From contig CAYYNN010000001.1 in the NCBI GenBank assembly GCA_964473175.1, positions 100,603 through 164,602 of the forward strand: DNA of 64,000 nucleotides. The letters run 5' to 3'. Shown here in pieces: positions 47,592 to 57,965 of the stretch. A program made the position numbers and the translations under genes. The stretch's first letter is position 1; each line of letters opens with the position of its first letter. Under the pieces are notes generated by a model. That model had not been told where the DNA came from. It ran no database searches and saw only the letters and a program-made list of their open reading frames with translations. Source of the DNA: an uncultured Candidatus Saccharibacteria bacterium (GTDB lineage Bacteria > Patescibacteriota > Minisyncoccia > Phycocordibacterales > UBA9973).

Positions 47592-48545
47592 TTACTTTCT
47601 TCCAATGACTGATTTTACAAACTCTCCAAGTGTACTGCCGACATGTTTGAGTGCTTTTACAAAGGGGTGATGATCTCCCAGATGTGGAATACTATCCGTT
47701 TCGATATACCAAATCTTGCCATATTTATCGACGATGAACTCCGACTGGGAATAATCAGTCGTGCCCAATCGTGTATGTAAATTCTTTGCGAGAGTACTCA
47801 ACTGCTCTCGTTCATCATTTCTGAATGCTCCACCAACAACCGCATGCGAATCTGTCTTTCGTTCTTCATTAGTCAGTACTCCTCGGTGAGGACTTTTGAT
47901 TTCAACAACTGGCAGCACATATTTTTCTTGCCCCCTAAAATCATCAATGACACATACCGCAGCTTCTCTTCCATAGATGTATTGCTCAACAATAAAGTTC
48001 TGCCCATTCATAACGCTTTCTTCGACAAATTGAGCGAGTTCTAGTGGCGTAAATGCAAAATACGTACTCATAGATGCTCCTCCAACAAGTGGTTTCAACA
48101 CCCATGGCGGGGACATACGTCTATAGATATTTTGCGTTATCGCGGATACTGATTCTGTACCGTCTGGCATAACAAGCACGGCATCGGGAGTTTTGATACC
48201 GAGTTCGCGAGCACAATCTTTGGCAGAAAGCTTGTTTGATGTAAGCCGAGATGCATCCACTCCTGAACCACTGTACGGGATATCAAGTTCATCGAGAAGT
48301 TCTTGAATTTTCCCATATTCGCCGACTTCTCCATGAAGCGTATTCCACACCATATCAACGTGATCTTTCATTTGTTCGAGTGTCGCAGGAATACCTTTGA
48401 TATGCAGTATACCTTCTTTGTCGACAAGCATATCTAACACCTCATAGCCTTCTTTTTGAAGTGCCTTCATAATACGCGCACCGCTTTCTAGTGAGAGAAA
48501 ATATTCATCTCCTGGTCCACCGCGAAGTATTCCAATCTTTTGCAT
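47592..48545 (-). CDS. D-Ala-D-Ala ligase-like ATP-grasp protein (divergent)
   Basis: GG..EYFLSLESG, LHGEVGEYG, IPYSGSG, VLKP, VEQYI.GRE; C-terminal catalytic motifs altered. Confidence 0.8.
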   Translation of the reverse strand: MQKIGILRGGPGDEYFLSLESGARIMKALQKEGYEVLDMLVDKEGILHIKGIPATLEQMKDHVDMVWNTLHGEVGEYGKIQELLDELDIPYSGSGVDASRLTSNKLSAKDCARELGIKTPDAVLVMPDGTESVSAITQNIYRRMSPPWVLKPLVGGASMSTYFAFTPLELAQFVEESVMNGQNFIVEQYIYGREAAVCVIDDFRGQEKYVLPVVEIKSPHRGVLTNEERKTDSHAVVGGAFRNDEREQLSTLAKNLHTRLGTTDYSQSEFIVDKYGKIWYIETDSIPHLGDHHPFVKALKHVGSTLGEFVKSVIGRK

Positions 48546-48551
48546 ACCGTA

Positions 48552-49799
48552 TTATAGCATTGCTTTTCGTCGTCTGTCTTTATGAAATGTAATCGCAAAG
48601 CGATGTGCTTCACTGTTTGCGAGAAGTATGGCGAACTTGTTGTCCTCGACAAGCTTTGTGGGACCATGAATCGCTTTTGCTTTGTGATGTTCGTCTTTGG
48701 TGACCGCAATGACCGGTATATCAAGCCCAAGTTCTTGTAAAACTTTTTTTGCGGCATTAGCTTGTATCGCATTACCATCCACGACGATTGCTGTCGGATA
48801 CGTCCACTCAGTGTGCGCGAGTCTGCGTACCAGCACTTCGCGAAGTGCACCTGCATCGTTTGCTGTCCTAAACCCTCTGATGATGAACTTGCGGTAGTCA
48901 TTCTTTTGCGCAGTTGCATTTTCGATGACGGTCATGACGCCCACCATTTGTGTACCCGAGAGATGCGCGATGTCATATGCTTCAAACCGGATAACGTTGT
49001 CAGTGTGTGCAGTCACCAGGTCGCGTTTGATTAATGACACATCTTGTATATGCGTAAGCGCAAATACCTTGTGTTTGAGATCATTGGCTTCTTCAAAACG
49101 TTCTTTCTTGGCAAAGATGTTCATCTCTGTGGTTAGTTCTTTGATCAAACCTTGGAGTTTGCCTTGAAAAATCTTTTTGATATGTCCAATATTTTTGCGA
49201 TAGATCTTTGTTGCTTCGGCAGTTGTCACATCTGGTGAGAGCTCGATCTGTCGATAAAATGCTTCTTTGTCTTTCATGGCACTCACGCGATCTCGGTATG
49301 GAAATATACGCCTGATGATCGCAAGTGCTTCGCGCAATGATGCACTACTTGGGTACGGACCAAACACTGCATCGTATTTCACCTTGATTCCTTTTTGTTT
49401 GGGTAGCGTGAGAAGTGTCTCGGCAACGATAACGTCCTTCTGACGAGCAAGAAGTATGCGCGGGAAGTCTTCACGAGTAATCACAACGCAGTTGAAACTC
49501 TTGTCATCTTTTTCTTTGGTATTGTAGTACGGCTGGTTTTTCTTGATGAGGTTGGCTTCGAGGATCAATGCTTCGAGTACACTTGGTGTTTCTTGCCATG
49601 TCACTACCGATGATTTGAACACCATATCGACGATATGTGCGCCCCGTGTCTTGATGAGGTCGGGTGCAAAATATGAACGTGTACGATCGCGCAGATTGGT
49701 CGCCTTGCCGATATACAAGATTTTGCCAGCACTATCACGCCAAAAATACACCCCTGGTGTCTGTGGCAATGCGAGATTGTCTAAATCTTGACGAATCAT
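48552..49799 (-). CDS. uvrC: Excinuclease ABC subunit C (short)
   Basis: GIY-YIG motif PGVY..ILYIGKA, UVR coil, EAYDIAH, VVDG, EAHRFAITFH; no HhH domain. Confidence 0.93.
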   Translation of the reverse strand: MIRQDLDNLALPQTPGVYFWRDSAGKILYIGKATNLRDRTRSYFAPDLIKTRGAHIVDMVFKSSVVTWQETPSVLEALILEANLIKKNQPYYNTKEKDDKSFNCVVITREDFPRILLARQKDVIVAETLLTLPKQKGIKVKYDAVFGPYPSSASLREALAIIRRIFPYRDRVSAMKDKEAFYRQIELSPDVTTAEATKIYRKNIGHIKKIFQGKLQGLIKELTTEMNIFAKKERFEEANDLKHKVFALTHIQDVSLIKRDLVTAHTDNVIRFEAYDIAHLSGTQMVGVMTVIENATAQKNDYRKFIIRGFRTANDAGALREVLVRRLAHTEWTYPTAIVVDGNAIQANAAKKVLQELGLDIPVIAVTKDEHHKAKAIHGPTKLVEDNKFAILLANSEAHRFAITFHKDRRRKAML

Positions 49800-49833
49800 A
49801 AATATACGGTAGTATATCAGAAAACTACGTTTT

Positions 49834-50058
49834 ATGAAAAAAATAATTTTTGCTTTTTTCTTACTTCTTTTTTTAGGACTTACAATTTTAAAAATTCGCT
49901 GGTATTACGCACTCCCCATAGTATTCATTACTTCTATTGGGTTGCATCGATGGACAACACTTACATCATTGAACTATATCGGAATATCATGTGGTGTAAC
50001 GTATTGTATATTCTTTATATACGGAATTATTATATTCATTCCTGAAATAAAGAAATAA
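49834..50058 (+). CDS. Small AT-rich membrane hypothetical protein
   Basis: 74 aa, very hydrophobic. Confidence 0.45.
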   Translation: MKKIIFAFFLLLFLGLTILKIRWYYALPIVFITSIGLHRWTTLTSLNYIGISCGVTYCIFFIYGIIIFIPEIKK

Positions 50059-50073
50059 AGAAATAAAGAAATA
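50044..50073. repeat. Short tandem repeat (GAAATAAA) x ~3.7
   Basis: gaaataaagaaataaagaaataaagaaata spanning the stop codon of 49834..50058. Confidence 0.8.
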
Positions 50074-50107
50074 CCATAGTAATAACCTTTCACTTTAACA
50101 TGAAAGG

Positions 50108-50755
50108 TTATTTTTTAAGTACCTGCATCAACGGATCTATCTCCTCTTTATATCCTCTCGCCTTCCCTTCCTTTCTGCCATATTCTTTGATCGCGTAGCC
50201 GGCACGTTTCCAGTCTTTTTGAGGAATGATTTGCAGGAGGTCTTGTTCAATTTTTGATGGGTCAGTTACTCGCGTGAGTTTAAATCTTTTTACAAACCGT
50301 ATCACGTGCGTATCAACCGGTATACCAATGTTGGCATATTTGGGATATGCATTTGAGATCACTGCAATAGACCCCTTTCGGCCGATGCCGGGGAGTTTTT
50401 GCAACTCTTCAGGAACATGCGGTATGACACCCTTGAATTCTGATACAACAATAGCAGCTGCTGCCTTTATATATTTTGCTTTAGATCGATAAAATCCGAG
50501 ACTTCCGATAATTTTCTCTATCTTTTCTAATGGTGCTTTTGCGAGAGATTCTGGTGTTGGGAATGTTTTGAAAAGGAGTGGTGTAACTTTGTTTACTCCA
50601 TCATCAGTTGTCTGTGCAGAGAGCGTCACCGCAACGGTCAGTTGCCATGGGTTTGTGTAGTCGAGGAATGTTGGATCACGACGATACTGCGTAAGTAATG
50701 TTGGACCAATCTTGTGCCAAATAGCTTTTGCTTTGGTGAGATGTTGACTAATCAT
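50108..50755 (-). CDS. nth: Endonuclease III (HhH-GPD), no Fe-S motif
   Basis: LSAQTTD, LPGIGRK, VDTHV; no C-terminal Cys cluster. Confidence 0.9.
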   Translation of the reverse strand: MISQHLTKAKAIWHKIGPTLLTQYRRDPTFLDYTNPWQLTVAVTLSAQTTDDGVNKVTPLLFKTFPTPESLAKAPLEKIEKIIGSLGFYRSKAKYIKAAAAIVVSEFKGVIPHVPEELQKLPGIGRKGSIAVISNAYPKYANIGIPVDTHVIRFVKRFKLTRVTDPSKIEQDLLQIIPQKDWKRAGYAIKEYGRKEGKARGYKEEIDPLMQVLKK

Positions 50756-50790
50756 AAAATAATGTGTATTATACATTAAAACCATCAATT

Positions 50791-50982
50791 ATGAAAAAAG
50801 CATCTTTCATCCTAATGATGTTCGGATACGGCATCGTTACCAATGGTGCATCCAAAAATGCACATTACATTAACACATACAGTTTTAAGAAAATACCGCT
50901 TCCTATTACGCTGTATTTTAAAACACCCACTGGTACTGTTGTTCAGACAACATTCAGCGCCAAAGAAATTGTGCAGTTGTAA
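50791..50982 (+). CDS. Small exported hypothetical protein
   Basis: MKK plus hydrophobic stretch; followed by terminator. Confidence 0.45.
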   Translation: MKKASFILMMFGYGIVTNGASKNAHYINTYSFKKIPLPITLYFKTPTGTVVQTTFSAKEIVQL

Positions 50983-50997
50983 TACCTATACACCCTG

Positions 50998-51021
50998 ATC
51001 CCCCATCATTTGATGGGGGAT
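50998..51021 (+). terminator. Terminator hairpin
   Basis: atcccccatca-tt-tgatgggggat. Confidence 0.65.
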
Positions 51022-51039
51022 TTCATTACCGGCAAAATA

Positions 51040-51067
51040 TTGACATTTTTTAAATTATAAGTACTAT
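51040..51067 (+). promoter_or_regulatory. Sigma70-type promoter
   Basis: TTGACA-16 nt-TACTAT. Confidence 0.7.
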
Positions 51068-51103
51068 ATAAGAAAAATTCGTAAATCTTTAAAAAAAATA
51101 CTT

Positions 51104-52117
51104 ATGGAAGACGTAAAAATCGTACTGTTCATTTACTGCGACAACCCCGAATTAAAAGAAACAATTGTGAAAAAAATGTCACAAAAAGTACCGACATTAC
51201 ATATCACGACTGAATACATCCCTGATGATTTCGATACCGAAGACACCATCAAACGGATTGCGGAACTTCCTGACAACGATCGAATAGGTAAGATAAATTC
51301 TTCGTATCAACGAGCATTTACCAATACCGGTGTAAAGGAAAAGAAACAACTCTTTATCATTGATCTGGAAAATATCCCAGTAGAACGCATCCCCAAAATC
51401 TCTTTTTCGGCTCAGTATTCTAACTGCCGCTTGATTACAATGTACATTACCGAAATATCCTATCGCGATGGCAAACAATTCATCTTTTTAAAAAGCCCTG
51501 AGTTTGCATTATTTGCGAAATTTTTTCAGGCAAGCACCGATAATGCAACGATTATTGATTCGACTGAAAAGGTGGACCGCCACAAAGGCATCGTTAAAGC
51601 ATGGAATGATTCGTATTCAGAGCTTATCCTTGTTGACCTTTCTGCTGTTTCAGAAAGTGAGCGCACCATGTATGAAGAATTTGCACCGTCATTTGACTTC
51701 AGTGTGCTTAAAATCCAGACGGGTACCGCAAACGTTAAGGATCCGACAATGGATATGGACGGGAAACCGTTTAATACTAAGTCAGTTACAAAGCAACGCA
51801 CAGCCGACAAACACACAGTGGTATCCAAAAATGATACACCTGACGATCTTGTTAAAAAAGAAGTTTCTGAAGTAACACTCACAGAGTTCTGGAAGAAATC
51901 AACGTTGAGGAAATTATTACTAACCATTACATCAAAATTTAATAACAAAACAATCGTTTCTTCCGACAAGGATACTGTGCCTACAGTTAAAAAAGATAAG
52001 TATGTTAGAAGTCAGGAAGATATTGAAACTGCAGCTCAACACATTAAAAATTTGATAGCAGAAAGTTCTTTATCTGCCACAGCTCCAACAGAGGTATCAC
52101 AAGAAATACAGCACTAG
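51104..52117 (+). CDS. Hypothetical protein (ORFan, 337 aa)
   Basis: Long ORF with own promoter and terminator; no recognisable family. Confidence 0.75.
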   Translation: MEDVKIVLFIYCDNPELKETIVKKMSQKVPTLHITTEYIPDDFDTEDTIKRIAELPDNDRIGKINSSYQRAFTNTGVKEKKQLFIIDLENIPVERIPKISFSAQYSNCRLITMYITEISYRDGKQFIFLKSPEFALFAKFFQASTDNATIIDSTEKVDRHKGIVKAWNDSYSELILVDLSAVSESERTMYEEFAPSFDFSVLKIQTGTANVKDPTMDMDGKPFNTKSVTKQRTADKHTVVSKNDTPDDLVKKEVSEVTLTEFWKKSTLRKLLLTITSKFNNKTIVSSDKDTVPTVKKDKYVRSQEDIETAAQHIKNLIAESSLSATAPTEVSQEIQH

Positions 52118-52121
52118 GTTT

Positions 52122-52152
52122 AAGGCCGCAACACATATTGCGGCCTTTTTTT
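52122..52152 (+). terminator. Intrinsic terminator between convergent genes
   Basis: aaggccgcaa-cacata-ttgcggcctt followed by T tract. Confidence 0.8.
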
Positions 52153-52162
52153 ATTTACTGCT

Positions 52163-54796
52163 TTACAATATCTTCTTGAGGTACTCCCCAGTAAACGATT
52201 TCTTATTATTTGCTACGTCCTCAGGTGTTCCTTTCGCAACGATATGACCTCCGTTAACACCTCCTTCTGGACCAAAGTCGATAATATAATCGGCGCATTT
52301 GATAAGGTCGAGGTTGTGTTCAATCACGACCACCGTGTTCCCTTTTGCCACAAGTCTGTTCAAGACACCGACGAGATTTTTCACATCATCATAGTGTAGT
52401 CCAACGGTTGGTTCGTCCAACAAATAAATCGTTTTTTCAAGAAATGGACGATAGAGTTCTGACGCTATTTTGACGCGCTGCGCTTCTCCACCAGAAAGTG
52501 TGGTCGCAGATTGCCCTAGTTTGACATAGCCAAGTCCAACATCGTTGAGTGTGTTGAGACGATCAGAGACCGCAGGAATATCTTGGAAAAATTCAAGCGC
52601 TTCTTCGACTGACAACTGCAATACATCATAGATACTCTTGCGCTTGTATTTCACAGTGAGCGTTTCTTTGTCAAAGCGTTTGCCGTTACACACATCACAG
52701 GTCACATAGACTGTTGGCAAGAAGTGCATTTCGACTGCAATCTCACCGTTACCTTCACATGCTTCACATCGCCCGCCTTTGACGTTAAATGAAAAGCGAT
52801 TGAGCTTCCACCCACGCAAGCGCGCTTCTTCGGTGGCAGCAAATATCTCGCGGATATGAGTAAATGCCCCAGTATACGTGGCGATGTTACTTCTCGGCGT
52901 ACGCCCGATGGGAGATTGGTCAATCATGATAGCGCGCGCCAAATATTCGCTACCTGTAAATGAAGCAGCATTATACACTTGGGCACTACGTAACTTGCGG
53001 TCAAACCGAGCTTGTAAGTTTTTGTACAAAATGTCATAGAGGAACGTACTCTTGCCTGACCCTGACACTCCCGTGATGGCAACCATACGGCCAAGTGGCA
53101 AATCAATATTTTGGTTATGCAAATTGTGCAGGTTTGCACCGACGACCTTGATCATTCCTTTGTCAGTGTCGCGACGCTTTTCTGGTATTTCTATAGATTC
53201 ATCCTTACGCAAGTATGCAAGCGTCCGAGAACCGCTATCGTTTTTCTTGGCATTAAGCAGTGTCTGTAGTTTGTCCGCAACGATAACGTTGCCGCCATGT
53301 ATGCCGGCCTTGGGTCCGATCTCCACCATATAGTCTGAAGCAAGGATAGTGTCTTCATCATGTTCAACAACGATGATGGTGTTGCCCAGATCACGAAGGT
53401 CTTCGAGTGTCTTGATCAAGCGTTCATTGTCGCGTTGATGGAGTCCAATGGTTGGTTCGTCCAATACATAGAGTGCACCGACGAGACGTGATCCCAGCTG
53501 TGACGCAAGTCGTATACGCTGCGCTTCTCCACCAGAAAGTGTGTTGGCGGTTCGAGCAAGTGCGAGATATTCAAGTCCGACATTGAGTAGGAACGTGAGA
53601 CGGTCTTCTATTTCTTTCAAAATAACTTTTCCGATTTCACGGTCTTTGACCGAAAGCTTCAGTCCTGCAAAAAATTCAAACGCTTGTTCCACAGAGAACG
53701 ATGTCAGGTCGACAATATTGGTTTTTGATTTCGGAGACTCCAAGAAAACACTCAATGCTTCAGAGCGAAGTCGCTTACCTTCACATACCGGACATGGTTC
53801 AGTGCCCCCAAAGAATTTGGATCCGATACCGTTACACTCCGGACATGCCCCGTATGGTGAGTTAAAAGAAAACAAACGCGGCTCTATTTCAGGGAAACTG
53901 TATCCATCATTTGGACATGAAAACTTCGATGATAACAAGAACTCCTGAAGTGGTTCTGTCTCTACTTCAAAATCAGCAGATGTACCAATCACTACTTGTA
54001 CGAGACCATCAGCTTCGAGCAGTGCGCGTTCAACGCCTTCAAAAAGGCGAAGCTCCGCATCGCGAGGATTATCTTTGAATTCATGTACAGCAAGTTCATC
54101 CACCAATACTTCAATGGTATGTTTGTCATTTTTCTTGAGTTCGATACGTTCACGAAGTTGCTTGATAACACCATCAACACGTATGGTTGAAAATCCTTTC
54201 CCGAGCAAATCATAGAGCAACTGATAGTATTCTCCTTTTCGTCCACGAACAATCGGTGCGTATAGTTGTATACGAGTATCATTGAACCCGACATCCATCA
54301 CCTTGCGTGTATCTTTTTTGGACACTTCTTTTATCTTGGCAAGAATAAACGTATTAATCTCTTCAGGAGAAAGCTTGGTGATGAGTGTGCCACACACCGG
54401 ACAATACGCCTTACCGATACGTGCGTAGAGTACACGCAAGTAGTCATAGATTTCAGTGATGGTTGCTACCGTCGAACGAGGGTTGTTGGAACGAGATTTT
54501 TGGTCAATGGATATTGCCGGCGACAGGCCAGTGATCTCGTCGACATCAGGCTTGGGCATTTGGTTCAAGAACTGTCTCGCATAACTCGATAGACTTTCGA
54601 CATAGCGGCGTTGACCCTCGGCAAATATCGTATCAAATGCGAGTGAACTTTTGCCCGATCCTGATAGTCCAGTGATTGCAGTCATCTTGCCACGAGGAAT
54701 TTCCACATCAATGTTCTTGAGGTTATGAGTTCTCGCGCCACGGACAATGATGTGTCCTTCATCTCTCTTTTCTATCTTGTCTGTTTTTTTATTCAT
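52163..54796 (-). CDS. uvrA: Excinuclease ABC subunit A
   Basis: Two Walker A motifs ([18 protein letters not shown]), two LSGGEAQR, Zn fingers. Confidence 0.98.
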   Translation of the reverse strand: MNKKTDKIEKRDEGHIIVRGARTHNLKNIDVEIPRGKMTAITGLSGSGKSSLAFDTIFAEGQRRYVESLSSYARQFLNQMPKPDVDEITGLSPAISIDQKSRSNNPRSTVATITEIYDYLRVLYARIGKAYCPVCGTLITKLSPEEINTFILAKIKEVSKKDTRKVMDVGFNDTRIQLYAPIVRGRKGEYYQLLYDLLGKGFSTIRVDGVIKQLRERIELKKNDKHTIEVLVDELAVHEFKDNPRDAELRLFEGVERALLEADGLVQVVIGTSADFEVETEPLQEFLLSSKFSCPNDGYSFPEIEPRLFSFNSPYGACPECNGIGSKFFGGTEPCPVCEGKRLRSEALSVFLESPKSKTNIVDLTSFSVEQAFEFFAGLKLSVKDREIGKVILKEIEDRLTFLLNVGLEYLALARTANTLSGGEAQRIRLASQLGSRLVGALYVLDEPTIGLHQRDNERLIKTLEDLRDLGNTIIVVEHDEDTILASDYMVEIGPKAGIHGGNVIVADKLQTLLNAKKNDSGSRTLAYLRKDESIEIPEKRRDTDKGMIKVVGANLHNLHNQNIDLPLGRMVAITGVSGSGKSTFLYDILYKNLQARFDRKLRSAQVYNAASFTGSEYLARAIMIDQSPIGRTPRSNIATYTGAFTHIREIFAATEEARLRGWKLNRFSFNVKGGRCEACEGNGEIAVEMHFLPTVYVTCDVCNGKRFDKETLTVKYKRKSIYDVLQLSVEEALEFFQDIPAVSDRLNTLNDVGLGYVKLGQSATTLSGGEAQRVKIASELYRPFLEKTIYLLDEPTVGLHYDDVKNLVGVLNRLVAKGNTVVVIEHNLDLIKCADYIIDFGPEGGVNGGHIVAKGTPEDVANNKKSFTGEYLKKIL

Positions 54797-54909
54797 ACGC
54801 GTAAATCCCCTCGCAATGGCGTATAGGGGTATGTGAAGCCATTTTAGCACAGTTGGCTCGTCCTTCAAAGATATCTCTTTTCACGTCTCTCTTGCTATAC
54901 TCTATAGGT

Positions 54910-55365
54910 ATGGAAATCTCAAAAACAGATACTTCGATTATTCACTTCTTTAGACGCATATCTCTCCCTGTCGGTCGCATATCACTTTTCATTGTGTTCT
55001 TTTGGTTCGGACTTTTGAAAGTGCTCGGTCTCTCTCCTGCTAGTTCACTGGTACACCAACTCTTTGATCAGACACTCTCTGGTATTGTTGCGTTCAATGC
55101 ATTTTATGTCGGATTTGCAGTATTCGAATGCGTGATCGGCATGTTGTTTCTCGTACGAGGACTTGAACGTATTGTGATACCGTTATTGTTCTTGCATATG
55201 ATCACGACATTTCTACCGCTCGTAATGCTTCCTCACGAAACATTCTCATCGCCATTTGTTCCTACCCTCGTCGGTCAGTACATTATCAAAAACCTCGTCA
55301 TCATTGCCACAGCAATTGGTATTGCCGCACATATACATCCCTTGCCACGAAAAGTTTCTAACTAG
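54910..55365 (+). CDS. DoxX-like membrane protein
   Basis: FFWFGLLK, GQYIIKNLV; four TM helices. Confidence 0.75.
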   Translation: MEISKTDTSIIHFFRRISLPVGRISLFIVFFWFGLLKVLGLSPASSLVHQLFDQTLSGIVAFNAFYVGFAVFECVIGMLFLVRGLERIVIPLLFLHMITTFLPLVMLPHETFSSPFVPTLVGQYIIKNLVIIATAIGIAAHIHPLPRKVSN

Positions 55366-55366
55366 A

Positions 55367-55765
55367 TTATTCAGTCGTTACTCCATCAAACTCTTCGTCT
55401 TGATCCAAAGCATCTTGTTTTGTTGCTCGTACGATACCATCTTTGTGATGCGCCGGAGAATAAATCGTATACATCTTTAGTGCATCAGTTCCTGTATTGA
55501 TCACATTGTGTGCTGCTCCAGCGGGGACAATGACCGCATCGCCATCACTAACAACATATGCTGTTTCATTGATCACTACCGTACCTGTTCCCGCCTCAAA
55601 TCGGAAAAATTGGTCATTCTCAGGATGTGTCTCAAGCCCTATGTCTTCTCCTGCGACGAGCGTCATCAGCACCAGCTGTGAGTGTGCTCCTGTATAGAGT
55701 ACTTTACGAAAGTTTGTATTAGTAACTGTTTCTTGTTCTATGTTTGTGTGGAATCTTTTTTTCAT
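55367..55765 (-). CDS. Cupin domain protein
   Basis: FRKVLYTG, IGLETH..DQFF, HNVINTG, YSPAHH. Confidence 0.9.
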   Translation of the reverse strand: MKKRFHTNIEQETVTNTNFRKVLYTGAHSQLVLMTLVAGEDIGLETHPENDQFFRFEAGTGTVVINETAYVVSDGDAVIVPAGAAHNVINTGTDALKMYTIYSPAHHKDGIVRATKQDALDQDEEFDGVTTE

Positions 55766-55853
55766 AAATCAAAGTATACACTATATCCTGCACCATACCG
55801 GTGGGAGATTTTATTTATTTAAAATGGATTCACGATATCGCTACTGCACTTCG

Positions 55854-55881
55854 TTGACATTTCTTTATTTTGTCCTATACT
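55854..55881 (+). promoter_or_regulatory. Sigma70-type promoter
   Basis: TTGACA-16 nt-TATACT. Confidence 0.7.
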
Positions 55882-55892
55882 AAATAAAACTC

Positions 55893-56213
55893 ATGTATAT
55901 GAAAAAACTCCATGCTATTACTCGCTGTATGAGTGCATTTTTCAAAAGCTGTTCTTCCTTATTTTATGGTATCACGCACGGTCGAATATTATTTGTATCC
56001 GAAGAAGTAAACAAAATATTCGTATGCGAATCATCTGCAGAAGGTTTTGCATTCCTCTATCGGGAAGATGATATCCATAAAATAACCCTTGAGTACCTAC
56101 TCCCCGAAGAAGAACAACAACTAGAAAAAGGCTCTTCCTATCTACTCAAAGAACCTCAACCCGGAAAGTTTGTCCTTATAAAACAAACGCCCGTGGTAAA
56201 AATGGTTGCCTAG
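55893..56213 (+). CDS. Hypothetical protein (ORFan)
   Basis: 106-aa ORF bracketed by promoter and terminator. Confidence 0.6.
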   Translation: MYMKKLHAITRCMSAFFKSCSSLFYGITHGRILFVSEEVNKIFVCESSAEGFAFLYREDDIHKITLEYLLPEEEQQLEKGSSYLLKEPQPGKFVLIKQTPVVKMVA

Positions 56214-56221
56214 CAACCACG

Positions 56222-56258
56222 GAGCCTCTATATATCATATGTAGAGGCTCTTTTATTT
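56222..56258 (+). terminator. Intrinsic terminator
   Basis: gagcctcta...tagaggctc followed by ttttattt. Confidence 0.75.
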
Positions 56259-56259
56259 A

Positions 56260-57498
56260 TTATGCGTGCTTGGACTTTTTGACGAGTGCGATAAATACAA
56301 TTCCTGATATCACAATAAGTATTGCCGAGACTATGATCGGTGCGCTAAACACGGTAGAGGCTGCAAGATATCCGGCAAGTATCGGTGGTATCGATTGCGC
56401 CAATGCTTGCACTGATGCATTGATACCCAATATCTCGCCTTGTTTGTCAGGTCCTGCAGAACGACTGATGAGACCATTGAGGTTGGCCATGACAAGGCCG
56501 TTTGCAATAGCAAAGAACGGCACGATGACATAGAGCCATCCGACTTTGTGTGGCACTACTTGGAGTAAGATAAAGACACCAGTAGCAGCAAGCGCAACCC
56601 GTAGTATCGATATCTCTCCAAAACGTTTGCCTATCGCGCGCGTTACGAGTGCCTGCGCGATCGCAATCCAAATACCAACATAGGCAAAGTAGTTGCCGAC
56701 ACCTCCCGTACTAAACTCAAACTTCTGAACCAGAAACACCGCAAAGAATGTCGTAAAGAATGTAAAGCCAGATATAAACAGAAACGATGTGGTAAACAGT
56801 CCGCGAAGTTTGGGGATGCGAAATGCTTTGCCGATGTTTTGGATCGAGCGAGTAATATGAAATACGACATGGCGCTTTTGCAGGTTGGTCTCAGGCAATG
56901 TCCACCATACGAGTCCAGCGTTCACGAGTGCAAGGATAGCCGCAAACCAAAACGGTGTTGCAGCACCAAATGCATGATATACATTCGGATCTGCGAGCTT
57001 GCCGCCGATGAACGGCCCGAGGATGAACCCAATACCAAACACTGCCCCCATTAGCCCAAAGGTCTTTGCACGATCTGCCGGTGCAGTGATGTCAGCAAGG
57101 GTAGCTTGTGCCACCGCAATGTTACCACCAGTGACGCCATCAAATGCTCTCGCAATAAAAAGGAGTGGTAAGTTGTGCGTGATGATACCAACAGCAAAGA
57201 GTACATACGATATACTCGTCCCCAGGAGCGATATCGCAAGCACTGGCTTGCGCCCAAACCTGTCAGAGAGCTCACCGAGAATAGGTGTAGCAATGAACTG
57301 CATGAGTGGAAATATCGCCGTGAGGAATCCGAGCAATATATACCCCTGTTGTACCGTCCATCCGACTGGCAAGAGATACGCCGGCGACATCGGGTTCGTC
57401 AGGAGCTGTGGAATGACAGGTATGAGGATACCGATACCGAGCATGTCGATGAGGATCGTAAAGAGTACCGCGCGGAGGACTGAGCTTTTTTTGGACAC
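56260..57498 (-). CDS. MFS efflux transporter (TetA/DHA1-like)
   Basis: Motif A GELSDRFGRKP, motif C GFILGPFIGG; 12 TM helices; GTG start 7 nt after TGCTATACT. Confidence 0.9.
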   Translation of the reverse strand: MSKKSSVLRAVLFTILIDMLGIGILIPVIPQLLTNPMSPAYLLPVGWTVQQGYILLGFLTAIFPLMQFIATPILGELSDRFGRKPVLAISLLGTSISYVLFAVGIITHNLPLLFIARAFDGVTGGNIAVAQATLADITAPADRAKTFGLMGAVFGIGFILGPFIGGKLADPNVYHAFGAATPFWFAAILALVNAGLVWWTLPETNLQKRHVVFHITRSIQNIGKAFRIPKLRGLFTTSFLFISGFTFFTTFFAVFLVQKFEFSTGGVGNYFAYVGIWIAIAQALVTRAIGKRFGEISILRVALAATGVFILLQVVPHKVGWLYVIVPFFAIANGLVMANLNGLISRSAGPDKQGEILGINASVQALAQSIPPILAGYLAASTVFSAPIIVSAILIVISGIVFIALVKKSKHA

Positions 57499-57571
57499 GG
57501 GAGAGAGTATAGCAAAATACACATACGTATGCATGTATACCCTACTATCAATGGCGCACTATGTATGTAGA

Positions 57572-57739
57572 TTAATAATCAGTGTATCGTTCGGGATCCT
57601 TTTTATTTAGCTCATCCCATACATCATCCGGAAGCTCTTCCGAAATTGATTTGGGTCGTGCCACTACGTCTTGCGGCTGATCGGGTTCAATCACTGGGTG
57701 GTCAGGGCCAAATAATTCTCCTTGTGACATTTGTTCCAT
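57572..57739 (-). CDS. Small acidic hypothetical protein
   Basis: 55 aa; TATACT 6 nt upstream of ATG. Confidence 0.5.
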   Translation of the reverse strand: MEQMSQGELFGPDHPVIEPDQPQDVVARPKSISEELPDDVWDELNKKDPERYTDY

Positions 57740-57754
57740 ATACAAAGTATACAC

Positions 57755-57964
57755 CTATCCAATCCGAAACACCTTGTGCGTCCGCACCCCACCAGTCACC
57801 ATTCGCGCACTTGTACCAAAATGCTTCGCGAGAAGATAGCTCACAACTTTGTTGGCATGCCCATTCTGCGCACTCGCCCGCACGTATACCTCGTACGCAT
57901 CAGGCGCTTTTTCTACAATGCGATCTTCGTGACTATCGGGATAGACGGTGACTTTGATGAGCAT
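57755..57964 (-). CDS. DUF167/YggU family protein
   Basis: IKVTVYP, VYVRASAQNGHAN, G...HKVFRI. Confidence 0.8.
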   Translation of the reverse strand: MLIKVTVYPDSHEDRIVEKAPDAYEVYVRASAQNGHANKVVSYLLAKHFGTSARMVTGGVRTHKVFRIG

Positions 57965-57965
57965 G

